A stretch of DNA of 64,000 nucleotides from a virus (Duplodnaviria > Heunggongvirae > Uroviricota > Caudoviricetes): positions 192,001 to 256,000 of the IMG/VR virus record IMGVR_UViG_3300037067_008064; one strand, given 5' to 3'. Each line of letters opens with the position of its first letter. Position 1 is the stretch's first letter. Both the position numbers and the translations under genes were made by a program. Below the pieces are notes generated by a model. That model ran no database searches. It saw nothing but the letters and a program-made list of their open reading frames with translations, and was not told the DNA's origin. Shown here piece after piece: positions 37,136-46,609 of the stretch.

Positions 37136-38341
37136 ATGTCAATTATTGATTTGAACCAATTCCATTGGGAAACTTATACAAATGGATATGTTGGTGGAAA
37201 CAAACTAATTAAAAACTCCAAGATTAAAAAAACAAATTTAAAAGATAAAATTTATTCGCATGAAATTTATGCGGACGAATTGTATAAAAAATTCTGCATA
37301 AATGATAATTTTGTTAAAAAAGATGTAGATGTCGGTGATTGTATTCAAGTAACTAACATAGTATTAATGGATAATAAAATATCACTAGAATTAATGGGTG
37401 GATTATTTGTAGATTTTGATTCAACACGTGAAAAGAAATTTATACAACTATTTGGATATGAAACAATAAAAGAATTTGAAGAAGTTTTAAAATCACCAAC
37501 TAGCAGAGAAAATTTTATCAATCAAAAATTTAATGTAATTGTTATTGAATCAACTCCAGTTGTTAGAGTATCTTTATGGCAAGGTTATATAGAATCATTG
37601 AAAAAAGAATTTTTAGATCAAATTAAAAATCCAACTAATGTATACACTGCTAAAATAACCGAAGCTAATAAGGGTGGTTATTTTGCTAATATAAATGGTG
37701 TTGATGCATTTATGCCCGGAGGACAGGCTGCTCCAAATAAGTTACTTGATTTTACTTCTTTAATTGGAAAAGAAGTTAAAGTAATGATTGAAGATTATTT
37801 GCCTGAAAAAAATTCTTTTATTATATCTCACAAAAAATACTTAGAATATATTATTCCAATTAAACTTAAAGAATTAGATACTTCTATAAAATATAAAGGT
37901 ACAATAACAGGTACTTCTAATTATGGTATTTTTATTGAATTCGGAGAAATATTTACTGGATTACTACATACATCTAAAATGTGTCCGACAACTCTTAAAT
38001 TATTTAATGACAGATATTTTAGAGCAGGTATGGAAATAGAATTTTATATAGATGAAATTCAAAAAGATCTTAGAATTATTTTAACTGAACAATCTCCTGA
38101 ATTAAAATTACAAAAGAATTTAGAATTTATACAAAAAAATAAAGATAAAAAAATTGAAGGTAAAATTATTTCAATATTTAATTCAGGCATTCTTATTGTG
38201 TGCGATGAAAACATTGTCGGAATTCTCCCAGGAAAATATTTTAAAAATTATAATATGAAAAAATATAATATAGGAGATACAATTTTAATTATGTTTGAAG
38301 ATTATAAAGATAATCGTTTTAGTTTTAAACCAGGATTTTAA
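37136..38341 (+). CDS. Ribosomal protein S1-like multi-S1-domain RNA-binding protein
   Basis: At least three S1 domains: AKITEANKGGYFANINGVDAFMPGGQ; GTITGTSNYGIFIEFGEIFTGLLHTSKM; EGKIISIFNSGILI. Confidence 0.85.
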   Translation: MSIIDLNQFHWETYTNGYVGGNKLIKNSKIKKTNLKDKIYSHEIYADELYKKFCINDNFVKKDVDVGDCIQVTNIVLMDNKISLELMGGLFVDFDSTREKKFIQLFGYETIKEFEEVLKSPTSRENFINQKFNVIVIESTPVVRVSLWQGYIESLKKEFLDQIKNPTNVYTAKITEANKGGYFANINGVDAFMPGGQAAPNKLLDFTSLIGKEVKVMIEDYLPEKNSFIISHKKYLEYIIPIKLKELDTSIKYKGTITGTSNYGIFIEFGEIFTGLLHTSKMCPTTLKLFNDRYFRAGMEIEFYIDEIQKDLRIILTEQSPELKLQKNLEFIQKNKDKKIEGKIISIFNSGILIVCDENIVGILPGKYFKNYNMKKYNIGDTILIMFEDYKDNRFSFKPGF

Positions 38342-38969
38342 TTTTCTTGCTGACCCAATATTTTTTGCATTTAATACTAATTTTCTTTTTAGTTTCTTCG
38401 GTTTGAATTTTACCTAACATTGGAGGAATTCGTCCAGCACAAGATTTACTTAATTTAATTTTAGTTTCTTCTGAAAATTTTCTTCCAATACAAGACTTAC
38501 TTATTTTTATTTTAGTTTTTTCAGAAAGAATTTTTCCTATTTGCCATTTACTCATTTTAAATTTAGTTTCTTGTGTTCTTTTTTTACCTATTAATTTTTT
38601 CCTTCTTTTTTCAATCGTTTCTTTTGATTGTTTTGACCCTTTAAGTGTTTGTTTAATTTTTTCTTTAGTTTCTTTAGAATGACACCCATTAAAACCTAAT
38701 CCACCCATAGGACTTATATTATAACCGTTTGGAACTAATGTATTATATTCTTTTATATATTTTTCTTGATTAAGAAATGCTTCATTTCTTTCATTAAAAT
38801 ATTCTAATATTTCTTTTTTAAAATTCTGTTTACCATATTTTTTAAAAGCATTAATAATATTTCCACTTCCCAAATATCCATCATCTAAATTATCTGTTGA
38901 ATGGTCACCAACATAATGCTTTCCATTAATTAAATTAGTTGTTAAATAAACATAGTGAAATTGTTTCAT
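38325..38969 (-). CDS. Free-standing GIY-YIG homing endonuclease (Seg-like, NUMOD3 repeats)
   Basis: YVYLTTNLINGKHYVGDHST..YLGSG...GYNISP and ETK.K(I/M)S repeats. Convergent 17-bp overlap with the S1 gene. Confidence 0.9.
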   Translation of the reverse strand: MKQFHYVYLTTNLINGKHYVGDHSTDNLDDGYLGSGNIINAFKKYGKQNFKKEILEYFNERNEAFLNQEKYIKEYNTLVPNGYNISPMGGLGFNGCHSKETKEKIKQTLKGSKQSKETIEKRRKKLIGKKRTQETKFKMSKWQIGKILSEKTKIKISKSCIGRKFSEETKIKLSKSCAGRIPPMLGKIQTEETKKKISIKCKKYWVSKKIKILV

Positions 38970-39068
38970 GATTCCTATCTCTTATTTTATTAAATATATA
39001 ATTTATAAGGTGGACAGCATTTCCTATCCAATGTTGTTTTATTTTAGTAGAATAAAACTAACACCTTA

Positions 39069-39110
39069 TATTTATATATTCATTTTTAATTTTTAAATAT
39101 ATAAATAAAA
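39069..39110. promoter_or_regulatory. Back-to-back late-type promoters (minus 39069-39081, plus 39095-39110)
   Basis: GAATATATAAATA on the minus strand and AAATATATAAATAAAA on the plus strand, between divergent genes. Confidence 0.55.
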
Positions 39111-39117
39111 TATAGAA

Positions 39118-40500
39118 ATGAAACAAAAACACTATAATATTCTAGAAGTTTTTTTTGGAACAAGTTTAGGATTCGTATTTGAATTTTATTCATCTAAAGA
39201 AACTAAATTCATTATTGAAGATTTAGCAACACTAACTTCTAAAAATGTTATTGTTACTAATGATTATAATTATTCACCATCATATACAACATCTATATTA
39301 TTAAAAGAATTTGAAGGTGATAAACCAAGATATAAATTCTTACTTCATAAAGATAATTATAATTATACTACATCAATATTATATCCTTTATTAGAATGGA
39401 TAACTAAAAATGCAATTACAGATAGAAATACAAAAATGCAAGTTATTTTATCATTTGATAATTCAAAATTAGAAACTCTCAATACGATTTCTAATATGGA
39501 TATTAATAAAATGGTATTAAAATTAGATGAAAACTATATACAAATGAGATTTCCTGAATTTAAAGATTCACCTTATTGTATGTCAATTAAAAAATTAATT
39601 CCAAATTCTACCAAACTTGATTTTAATTCATTAATTGAAAATTTAAATACTTCTTTTATTGTTCCTATTAATAAATTTTATGGAATAGATTTTAGTGATT
39701 ATACATTTGGAGATTTAAAATTTAATTATATTGGTGGAAAAGATTGGTGTGCTAAACCAAATGAAATAAGAGAAGTACTAGAATATTTAATTATAACTAC
39801 TTATGGTGTATTAAATGAACCTGGTTATGGACTATATGAACAAAGTGAATTAAAAAGATTATCTGATGTTTATCAAAAATGGTTTAAATATTATGCAGAC
39901 CCAGTATCTTTTATTAAAGAAAATCAAAAAATTAAATTGACAGTAGATTTAAAAAATGATATTCAAAATATAAAAACCTATTGGCAAAATATAAGAGGCC
40001 CATTATTTGAAATTTTAATGGAGAATGATTTACAAAAGGCAGAATTTAACTATGATTCAGAAATAGGTAAATACCAAATTAAGAATGCAAAATTATTCAG
40101 AACGCACCTTAATAATCTAGAACTATATAATTGTGACCTTCATGGTATATTTGAAAATTGTTATATTAAACAATCTAAAATTAATAAATCAACCTTAATT
40201 AATTCAAAATTATCAACTCAAAATGAAGTAACAGAATCTTATTTACAAAATACAAGTGTTAAAAATCCAAATACTTTAGATAAATGTTTTATTTTTAATG
40301 GGCAAGAAATTATTAGTGGAACATTAAAAGAATGTTTTGTAATGTTTGCAACCTTTACTAAGGATGCAAAAATAGATGAATCGTGTATTATTATAAATAG
40401 AATGGATATAGCGTCTAAAATAAATATGAATATGAATACAGGATTATCAACACACGAAATAAGAGATTATAGGTGGTTAAAAAAATTAATGAAAAAATAA
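39118..40500 (+). CDS. Amidoligase-like (COOH-NH2 ligase type 2) protein, apparently degenerate, with a C-terminal beta-helix-like region
   Basis: LGFVFEFYS, KFYGIDF and LKFNYIGGKDW resemble amidoligase GxExE, KYxxxN and EFR motifs with substitutions. The C-terminus has short Cys/Asn/Ser periodic repeats. Confidence 0.5.
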   Translation: MKQKHYNILEVFFGTSLGFVFEFYSSKETKFIIEDLATLTSKNVIVTNDYNYSPSYTTSILLKEFEGDKPRYKFLLHKDNYNYTTSILYPLLEWITKNAITDRNTKMQVILSFDNSKLETLNTISNMDINKMVLKLDENYIQMRFPEFKDSPYCMSIKKLIPNSTKLDFNSLIENLNTSFIVPINKFYGIDFSDYTFGDLKFNYIGGKDWCAKPNEIREVLEYLIITTYGVLNEPGYGLYEQSELKRLSDVYQKWFKYYADPVSFIKENQKIKLTVDLKNDIQNIKTYWQNIRGPLFEILMENDLQKAEFNYDSEIGKYQIKNAKLFRTHLNNLELYNCDLHGIFENCYIKQSKINKSTLINSKLSTQNEVTESYLQNTSVKNPNTLDKCFIFNGQEIISGTLKECFVMFATFTKDAKIDESCIIINRMDIASKINMNMNTGLSTHEIRDYRWLKKLMKK

Positions 40501-40501
40501 A

Positions 40502-41236
40502 ATGACAAGAGCAGAATTAATAGATTTAATTATTGCTGAAATTACAGCATCATGTGCATTACCATTTTCTCCTCCAAGAGAAGAAATAGATCGTATTATA
40601 ACCGTTGAATTAAAATGGTTGTATAGAGAATATAGAGATTTACTAGAAGAAAAAATTTATTATTTAGATAAAAAATGGTTTGCAACTACCGAATGGAAAA
40701 ATACCAGAACATTTCAAATGCCTGATTGTGTAGAAGGAATTAAAATAATTTTTGAAATGACTGAAGGTCAAAGAGTATTTGGTATTAATGACCCTGATAT
40801 GAAAATGGATAGATTAATGGCAGCTGATTTATATTTAACACCTTTATCAACAGACCAAATTACTTATAGAACTATACAATGGAGTTTCTGGGATTTAGCT
40901 AAAGGCTATAATTTAAAGGATATACAACATAAATTTAATATTAATACAAAAAGATTATTAATAGAAGGTAGAACACCATCACAATCTTTATTTTTAATAG
41001 CAACAACTAAGATTGAAGAAGAAAAAGCATTTGATGATACATTAGTTATTAGATGGATGACAGCAAAAGCTTTATTATCTTTATCTAGAATACTTGGTAC
41101 TTTTAATTATTCTTTAATTGGTGGTGTTACAATATCATTTGACCAATGGAAATCATATGCAGAAGCAGAATTAACAGAATTAAAAGCTAAAATAGCAAGT
41201 GACAATCCTCCTGATTGGTTTTTATTCTTTGCATAG
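40502..41236 (+). CDS. Neck protein, T4 gp13-like
   Basis: C-terminal LSRILGTFNYSLIGGVTISFDQWKSYAEAELTELK resembles the gp13-family LPGGVTLNG...A..E...L signature. Confidence 0.7.
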   Translation: MTRAELIDLIIAEITASCALPFSPPREEIDRIITVELKWLYREYRDLLEEKIYYLDKKWFATTEWKNTRTFQMPDCVEGIKIIFEMTEGQRVFGINDPDMKMDRLMAADLYLTPLSTDQITYRTIQWSFWDLAKGYNLKDIQHKFNINTKRLLIEGRTPSQSLFLIATTKIEEEKAFDDTLVIRWMTAKALLSLSRILGTFNYSLIGGVTISFDQWKSYAEAELTELKAKIASDNPPDWFLFFA

Positions 41237-41242
41237 TACGAT

Positions 41243-41258
41243 GAATATATAAAATAAA
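41243..41258 (+). promoter_or_regulatory. Putative late-type promoter GAATATATAAAATAAA
   Basis: Recurrent motif just upstream of the ATG at 41264. Confidence 0.6.
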
Positions 41259-41263
41259 AAGAT

Positions 41264-42166
41264 ATGTCTAAACAATTTAATTACGTATATAAAACAACTA
41301 ATTTAGTTAATGGTAAAGAATATATTGGTGAGCATTCAACTGATAATTTAAATGATAGTTATATTGGTTCAGGATTATTACTTAAAACTGCTATTAAAAA
41401 ATATGGTAAACAAAATTTTAAGAAAGAAATTTTAGAACATTTTGTTTCAAAAGAAGAAGCTTTTAATATACAAAAAAATTATATAGATAAATTTAATACT
41501 TTACAACCTTATGGTTATAATATAAGTCCCACTGGTGGTATGCATGTAATGGGGTGTATACATCACTCAGAAGAAACAAGAAAGAAAATGTCTGCCTCTA
41601 TTAAAGGAAAAACATTGGGAAGAAAACAACCACAAGAAGAAATTGAAAGAAGAAGACAAAGTAATATTGGTAAAAAAAGAACTGAAGAATCCAAATTAAA
41701 TATATCTAATTCATTAAAAGGAATTAAATTTACAGAAAAAAGAAAACAAAATATTTCTAATGTTCATAAAGGAAAAACTTTTTTTGCTAAAAACTTTGGC
41801 CCACCGCGTTTTGGAAAAGATAATCCAGCATATGTAGAAGTAAATTCTAATATTATCAATCAAATTATAGATGTTCATATTAATAAACATTTATCTGCTA
41901 AAGCAATTAAAAAAGAACTAAATTTATTAATAAGCTGGAATAAAGTTTTAAAAATATTAAGAGAAAATAATTCTTATAATCCTAATTATCAATATGTTGA
42001 TTCGCAAATTATAAATAATATAATAGATTTAAGAATTAATAAACAATTATCAGCTAAAGATATTAGATTAAAATTAAATTTATCTATTAATGAAAACAAA
42101 ATATTAAATATTATTAAAGAAAATAATGCTTACAAAAAAATAAATAGATATAATAAAATAAAGTAA
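41264..42166 (+). CDS. GIY-YIG homing endonuclease with NUMOD3 repeats and two tandem C-terminal HTH-like modules
   Basis: YVYKTTNLVNGKEYIG..YIGSG and a duplicated IIN.IID..INK.LSAK.I...LNL.IS.NK.L.I..ENN.Y. Confidence 0.9.
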   Translation: MSKQFNYVYKTTNLVNGKEYIGEHSTDNLNDSYIGSGLLLKTAIKKYGKQNFKKEILEHFVSKEEAFNIQKNYIDKFNTLQPYGYNISPTGGMHVMGCIHHSEETRKKMSASIKGKTLGRKQPQEEIERRRQSNIGKKRTEESKLNISNSLKGIKFTEKRKQNISNVHKGKTFFAKNFGPPRFGKDNPAYVEVNSNIINQIIDVHINKHLSAKAIKKELNLLISWNKVLKILRENNSYNPNYQYVDSQIINNIIDLRINKQLSAKDIRLKLNLSINENKILNIIKENNAYKKINRYNKIK

Positions 42167-42169
42167 AAT

Positions 42170-42436
42170 ATGAATACATTATATATGAAAGAGAGTATAC
42201 AATCAGACCCAACCTTTATACAAAAAGTTTTGGATTTTATTAATTACCCATGGCAAGAAGATCTTGAAATCGAGTTTGTTCATTTTGTTTCTGAATATGA
42301 AAATTTAATTAGAACTGCCGATACATCAACTACTAAAAACTATTTAAAACGATTGTATCAACAACTAGAAGATGCAGATAGTTTTCAATTATTGGGTGAT
42401 AAATTTATAGATGATTTAAATGAATTGATAAAATAA
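42170..42436 (+). CDS. Hypothetical acidic protein
   Basis: 88-aa ORF tightly packed with its neighbours. Confidence 0.6.
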   Translation: MNTLYMKESIQSDPTFIQKVLDFINYPWQEDLEIEFVHFVSEYENLIRTADTSTTKNYLKRLYQQLEDADSFQLLGDKFIDDLNELIK

Positions 42437-42438
42437 AG

Positions 42439-43155
42439 ATGAAAGAACAAATTTCTTATATAGGATATAAAAAAGATTTTTATACAGGAAAAATTACTCA
42501 ATATATTTCTGAATTTTTTCAGAGAAAAGGAAATGATTATCGTGGTGTTGTATACAAATATGGTTATATAAATAAATATCCAAATAAAACCAAAGGATGG
42601 TTTAAACTTAGAACATTATATGGTCAATGGTTAACTGGTTATGAAGATATTATTTGGGAAGAAGGAATAACTAACCTAGACATTAAATCTAAAATAAATG
42701 AAAGTAAAATTAAATTAGTTAAAGAATCTTTAAATGAAGAATTACTCGGAGTTGTAGATCATACTGATACAGAAATTTATAAAAATCCACCATCAATAAA
42801 ACATTTTGAGCACTTTGTTAGAGCCATTAGTGATGATAAAGGAAATTTATTTGTAGCTCATAAAGAATGGGATGTAATACACCCAAATATTTATTATTGG
42901 TTGATAGATAATAAGTTTATGAAAAACTATAGAAGTAGAATTCATGGTGCTGATTGTTGGGATGTAGCATGGGAATATGATAAAATTATATTATGGCAAA
43001 GGATTGGTAAAACAAATAATTTTACATTAGGAGAATCATATAACTTCGATGAAATGGATGATAGTGATTTTAATAAATTAGAATTATTAGCTGATAAAGT
43101 TAGAAAGAAAAATCCTAAATTTAATTTTATTTTAAAATATGATAAAATGTTTTAA
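42439..43155 (+). CDS. Hypothetical two-domain protein; C-half paralogous to 43161..43613
   Basis: Shared NEELLG...EIY.NP.SIK...RAISDDKGN.FVA...WQR.G.TN.F.LGESY...DKV..KNP.FNF. Confidence 0.75.
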   Translation: MKEQISYIGYKKDFYTGKITQYISEFFQRKGNDYRGVVYKYGYINKYPNKTKGWFKLRTLYGQWLTGYEDIIWEEGITNLDIKSKINESKIKLVKESLNEELLGVVDHTDTEIYKNPPSIKHFEHFVRAISDDKGNLFVAHKEWDVIHPNIYYWLIDNKFMKNYRSRIHGADCWDVAWEYDKIILWQRIGKTNNFTLGESYNFDEMDDSDFNKLELLADKVRKKNPKFNFILKYDKMF

Positions 43156-43160
43156 TCATT

Positions 43161-43613
43161 ATGAGAGCAAAGTTTATTAATGAAGAATTGCTTGGCACAT
43201 TAAAACCAATGTATATGTCGTACAATGAAAATATTAATGTTGAAATATATTTAAATCCACGATCAATTAAAAATATGGAATCTTATACAAGAGCTATTAG
43301 TGATGATAAAGGAAATGTATTTGTTGCTGATACTACATATGCTATTCATATTGATATATATAATTTTTTAATAGATCAAGGTATTTTTTCTGGAAAAAGA
43401 GCTGATGATGAAAGTGTTATGGGATATATGAATTCACATAAATATGTTTGTTGGCAAAGAGAAGGTAATACTAATATTTTTTTATTAGGAGAATCCTATG
43501 GTCAAATAGGTTATCTTAGTAATAGAACAATGGAAGGTATTAGAAAATTAACAGATAAAGTTCAACAAAAAAATCCACAATTTAATTTTAAAATAATAGG
43601 AATACATCAATAA
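43161..43613 (+). CDS. Hypothetical protein, putative internal head protein
   Basis: Begins MRAKFINEE; paralogue of the preceding gene. Confidence 0.75.
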   Translation: MRAKFINEELLGTLKPMYMSYNENINVEIYLNPRSIKNMESYTRAISDDKGNVFVADTTYAIHIDIYNFLIDQGIFSGKRADDESVMGYMNSHKYVCWQREGNTNIFLLGESYGQIGYLSNRTMEGIRKLTDKVQQKNPQFNFKIIGIHQ

Positions 43614-43650
43614 TAAAAAAAATTAATATATAATAAAAATAATAATTAAC

Positions 43651-44154
43651 ATGAGAGCTAGAAAATTAAACGAAGAAATTAATACCAAAGTAAAAAATAT
43701 TGTTAAAGCATCTATAGGTAGAAAAATTATTACAGATGTTAGCAAGATACATGATATGTTATCTGAGCCAGATACAGAATGGATTGATGATTATGTTTTT
43801 CAAGATAACACAGGAAAGGATTGGTCTATTTTTGAATTGGCTGGTCATACTGTTAGAGTTGGAAATGAATCGTCATTTATTGTTGGTGATTGGGTTGAGG
43901 AAGAAGATAATCCATATTCTGATGGAAGTGATGGCTGGGATGAAGATAAATTAGAAGAAGAATTTGGTTTAATGTCTTGGATTAAAGAGGTTGAAAAACT
44001 AAGTTATGAATTACAAAATGCAAGAAGAGGAGCATATGCTTTAAATGGAGATACTTATGGTGATTTAGTTATGTATGTTAAAGATTTATCTGATTCAATT
44101 TCAGATATAGCTGGAAATATGGAAGATGAATCAGGTAATAAAAGAACACATTAA
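43651..44154 (+). CDS. Hypothetical acidic protein, putative internal head protein
   Basis: Begins MRARKLNEE; preceded by AATATATAATAAAA. Confidence 0.7.
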   Translation: MRARKLNEEINTKVKNIVKASIGRKIITDVSKIHDMLSEPDTEWIDDYVFQDNTGKDWSIFELAGHTVRVGNESSFIVGDWVEEEDNPYSDGSDGWDEDKLEEEFGLMSWIKEVEKLSYELQNARRGAYALNGDTYGDLVMYVKDLSDSISDIAGNMEDESGNKRTH

Positions 44155-44169
44155 TGAAAATAAAATGTT

Positions 44170-44884
44170 ATGTCTTCAGGTATTATATATAAAATAACTA
44201 ATTTAAAAAATAATAAAATTTATATTGGGAAAACTATTAATTTGGAAGAAAGAATTAAAAAATATAAAAGAGTAGTATTAAATAAAAAAAATTAGTAATC
44301 AATTGATTATTAAAGCTATGAAAAAATATGGGTTTGATAATTTTAAATTTGAAGTTGTTGATAACATTAATTCAAAAAATTTAAACGAAAAAGAAAAATA
44401 TTTTATTCATTTTTATGATAGTAATAATATTTTAGTTGGGTATAATATGACACTGGGAGGTGATGGTGGTGATACAATGAGTAGTCATATTAACAAAAAA
44501 GAAATTTATGAAAAAAGAAAAGAAAATTATAGTGGAAGTAAAGTTATACAATATAGGCATGATTTAGATAAATTTATTATAGAAATGAATTATTTAAATT
44601 CAATTGGGTGGTCTGCTAATGATTTATCTAAAAAATTTAATTGTTCTGCAAAAGCAGTTAAAAATAGAATTATAAATTATAAAAATATTTCAAGTTCAAA
44701 CCATCATTCTAGAAAAAACACTTATCAATATAGACACGATTTAGATGAAAAATTTGATGAAATTTTAAAATTAAAAAATACAGGAATTAAAATAGAAAAA
44801 TTATGTAAAATTTATAATTGTTCTAAATCAACTTTTTATAGAAGATTTAATGAAAATAAAATAATTAATAGCAATGCCAACTAA
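44170..44884 (+). pseudogene. Frameshifted GIY-YIG endonuclease
   Basis: ATG 44170 gives MSSGIIYKITNLKNNKIYIGKT...R and stops after an A8 run (44284-44291). Removing one A joins it to the 44303..44884 frame (AMKKYG...EKYFI...GYNMTLGG). Confidence 0.8.
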
Positions 44885-45230
44885 ATCTGAACAACAAAGA
44901 AAATATATTTTTTCTTTACGAGATAAATATAAAAATAAAACCGATACACCAAAAAAATATAAATATATTTGGGATGAAGGTTATGAAAATAAAGGAAAGC
45001 TTCCAAAGAAAACAAAGAAAAAATTAGTCAAAGAATCTTTAGACGAAGATTGGTATCCTATGGAACAAAATGATTTTGATGTATGGTTTGAAGAAAATAA
45101 AGATTCAGATTCATTACATGAAGATTATGAAGATTATGTTTTTGAATTAGAACAAATGGGGTTAGAAGAAGAAACATTAGAATTTGAAGAATGGGCGCGA
45201 GAAGAAGTATACAATCATTTATTTAAATAA
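44874..45230 (+). CDS. Hypothetical protein with a basic N-half and acidic C-half
   Basis: MPTKSEQQR start and an internal KLVKESLDE motif. Confidence 0.7.
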   Translation: MPTKSEQQRKYIFSLRDKYKNKTDTPKKYKYIWDEGYENKGKLPKKTKKKLVKESLDEDWYPMEQNDFDVWFEENKDSDSLHEDYEDYVFELEQMGLEEETLEFEEWAREEVYNHLFK

Positions 45231-45263
45231 AAAAAAAGACCGGAAATTTCCGGTCTTTTTTTT
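45229..45263. terminator. Bidirectional intrinsic terminator
   Basis: Palindrome A-run-GACCGGAAATTTCCGGTC-T-run between convergent genes. Confidence 0.9.
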
Positions 45264-45268
45264 ATTTA

Positions 45269-46099
45269 TTAATTTTCATCCCAATTAAGAATTTTTCTAG
45301 TTTTATATTCTGCAGTATAAGTTGGTGGTTGTAATTGTGCTGTAAATCTAACAACACTATTCCAATAATCATTATGTTCTTGATCTGATGTTGGCATTGG
45401 TTTAAAAATCATTTTCCACCCACCTCTTGGTGTAGTTACTGCTAATGGAAAATTACAATCTTGTGATATTTCTACGGTAGTTGTTGGTGTATCGCCCATA
45501 TACCATTTCCACGATCCTTGACATGGCATACCGGGAAATACATAGTCCCCCATTAAAATGAATGTTTCGTGTAATTTTTGAAGATATTCACTTATAGCTG
45601 CTGAATAATCAACATAATCTGGATTTGGGATTTGTTTAGTTGTTGGGTCTCCAACAAGTAACCATTCTTCTACACCAACTAAATTCCACCAAAATTCACT
45701 ATATGGTGCATGTTGAAATTCAATATAACTACTCCCTACTCTAACCTTTCTTATTCTATAAAGAATAGTAGGATCATTTTCTGTAGTTGGTTTATTTACC
45801 GGAAATTTTTTCCAATTACTTATTGTTAAATATTGAGGTACCGCTGGTCCAACATAAGGAAGAGTATCAACGAAGATTTGATTTTTATCTTCACCCCATT
45901 TAGGAGTCATTAATTCTGTAAATGCTGCATTGTTTATTAAAACTACACCATTTTTTACAAACCCTAATTTTTTTGTGGACCCCATTGGTTTATTACCTGT
46001 TAATGGTGTGTTTTTGCCATAATCCACATCATATGTTTCTGTACGACTTAACCCTGCAAATTTTGCAAAGCCAATCCATTTTACTGTTTTAAGTGCCAT
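45269..46099 (-). CDS. Hypothetical Trp/Pro-rich protein
   Basis: 276-aa ORF with its own promoter-like motif and terminator. Confidence 0.75.
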   Translation of the reverse strand: MALKTVKWIGFAKFAGLSRTETYDVDYGKNTPLTGNKPMGSTKKLGFVKNGVVLINNAAFTELMTPKWGEDKNQIFVDTLPYVGPAVPQYLTISNWKKFPVNKPTTENDPTILYRIRKVRVGSSYIEFQHAPYSEFWWNLVGVEEWLLVGDPTTKQIPNPDYVDYSAAISEYLQKLHETFILMGDYVFPGMPCQGSWKWYMGDTPTTTVEISQDCNFPLAVTTPRGGWKMIFKPMPTSDQEHNDYWNSVVRFTAQLQPPTYTAEYKTRKILNWDEN

Positions 46100-46214
46100 A
46101 TTTTTATTTTATTATTTTATTTATATATTATATATTAGAATTTTAAAAAGATTTAATTTTTGTAATCGCATGAATGTGTAGAATTTTTAAAAAATATCAA
46201 TTATTCTTTTTAAT

Positions 46215-46230
46215 GAATATATAAAATAAA
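46215..46230 (+). promoter_or_regulatory. Putative late-type promoter for the baseplate operon
   Basis: GAATATATAAAATAAA, 8 nt before the ATG. Confidence 0.65.
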
Positions 46231-46238
46231 AATCATCG

Positions 46239-46601
46239 ATGATTAAAGATATTTATATTAGAAATAGAGAAGACCCAAATTATATTTTTGGTATTCTTGA
46301 ACATTCTGATATTATAGAAACAATAATTTCTAAAATAAAGGTATTATTTGGAACCCGCCCCGGGCAAATATTTGGAGATTTAGCATGTGGATTAGGTATT
46401 GAGGATTATGTTTTTGAAACAAGAATTAATTCTATTAAATTAGAAGAAAAGATAACCAATCAAATTAATTCATATATTTCAGAATCTCAAGAATATGCTA
46501 TTACCCCAAAAGTTTCTTTTGGAAAAGCAGACGGTTATGATTATTGTATTATAGATATTTATATAAATGGTAACAAAGTACATGGAGTTTTAGTAAAATA
46601 A
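46239..46601 (+). CDS. Baseplate protein, T4 gp25-like
   Basis: IKVLFGTRPGQIFGDLACGLGIEDYVFE matches the gp25 T..GE...P.FG..L...LFE pattern; size and position also fit. Confidence 0.75.
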   Translation: MIKDIYIRNREDPNYIFGILEHSDIIETIISKIKVLFGTRPGQIFGDLACGLGIEDYVFETRINSIKLEEKITNQINSYISESQEYAITPKVSFGKADGYDYCIIDIYINGNKVHGVLVK

Positions 46602-46609
46602 AAATTAAA

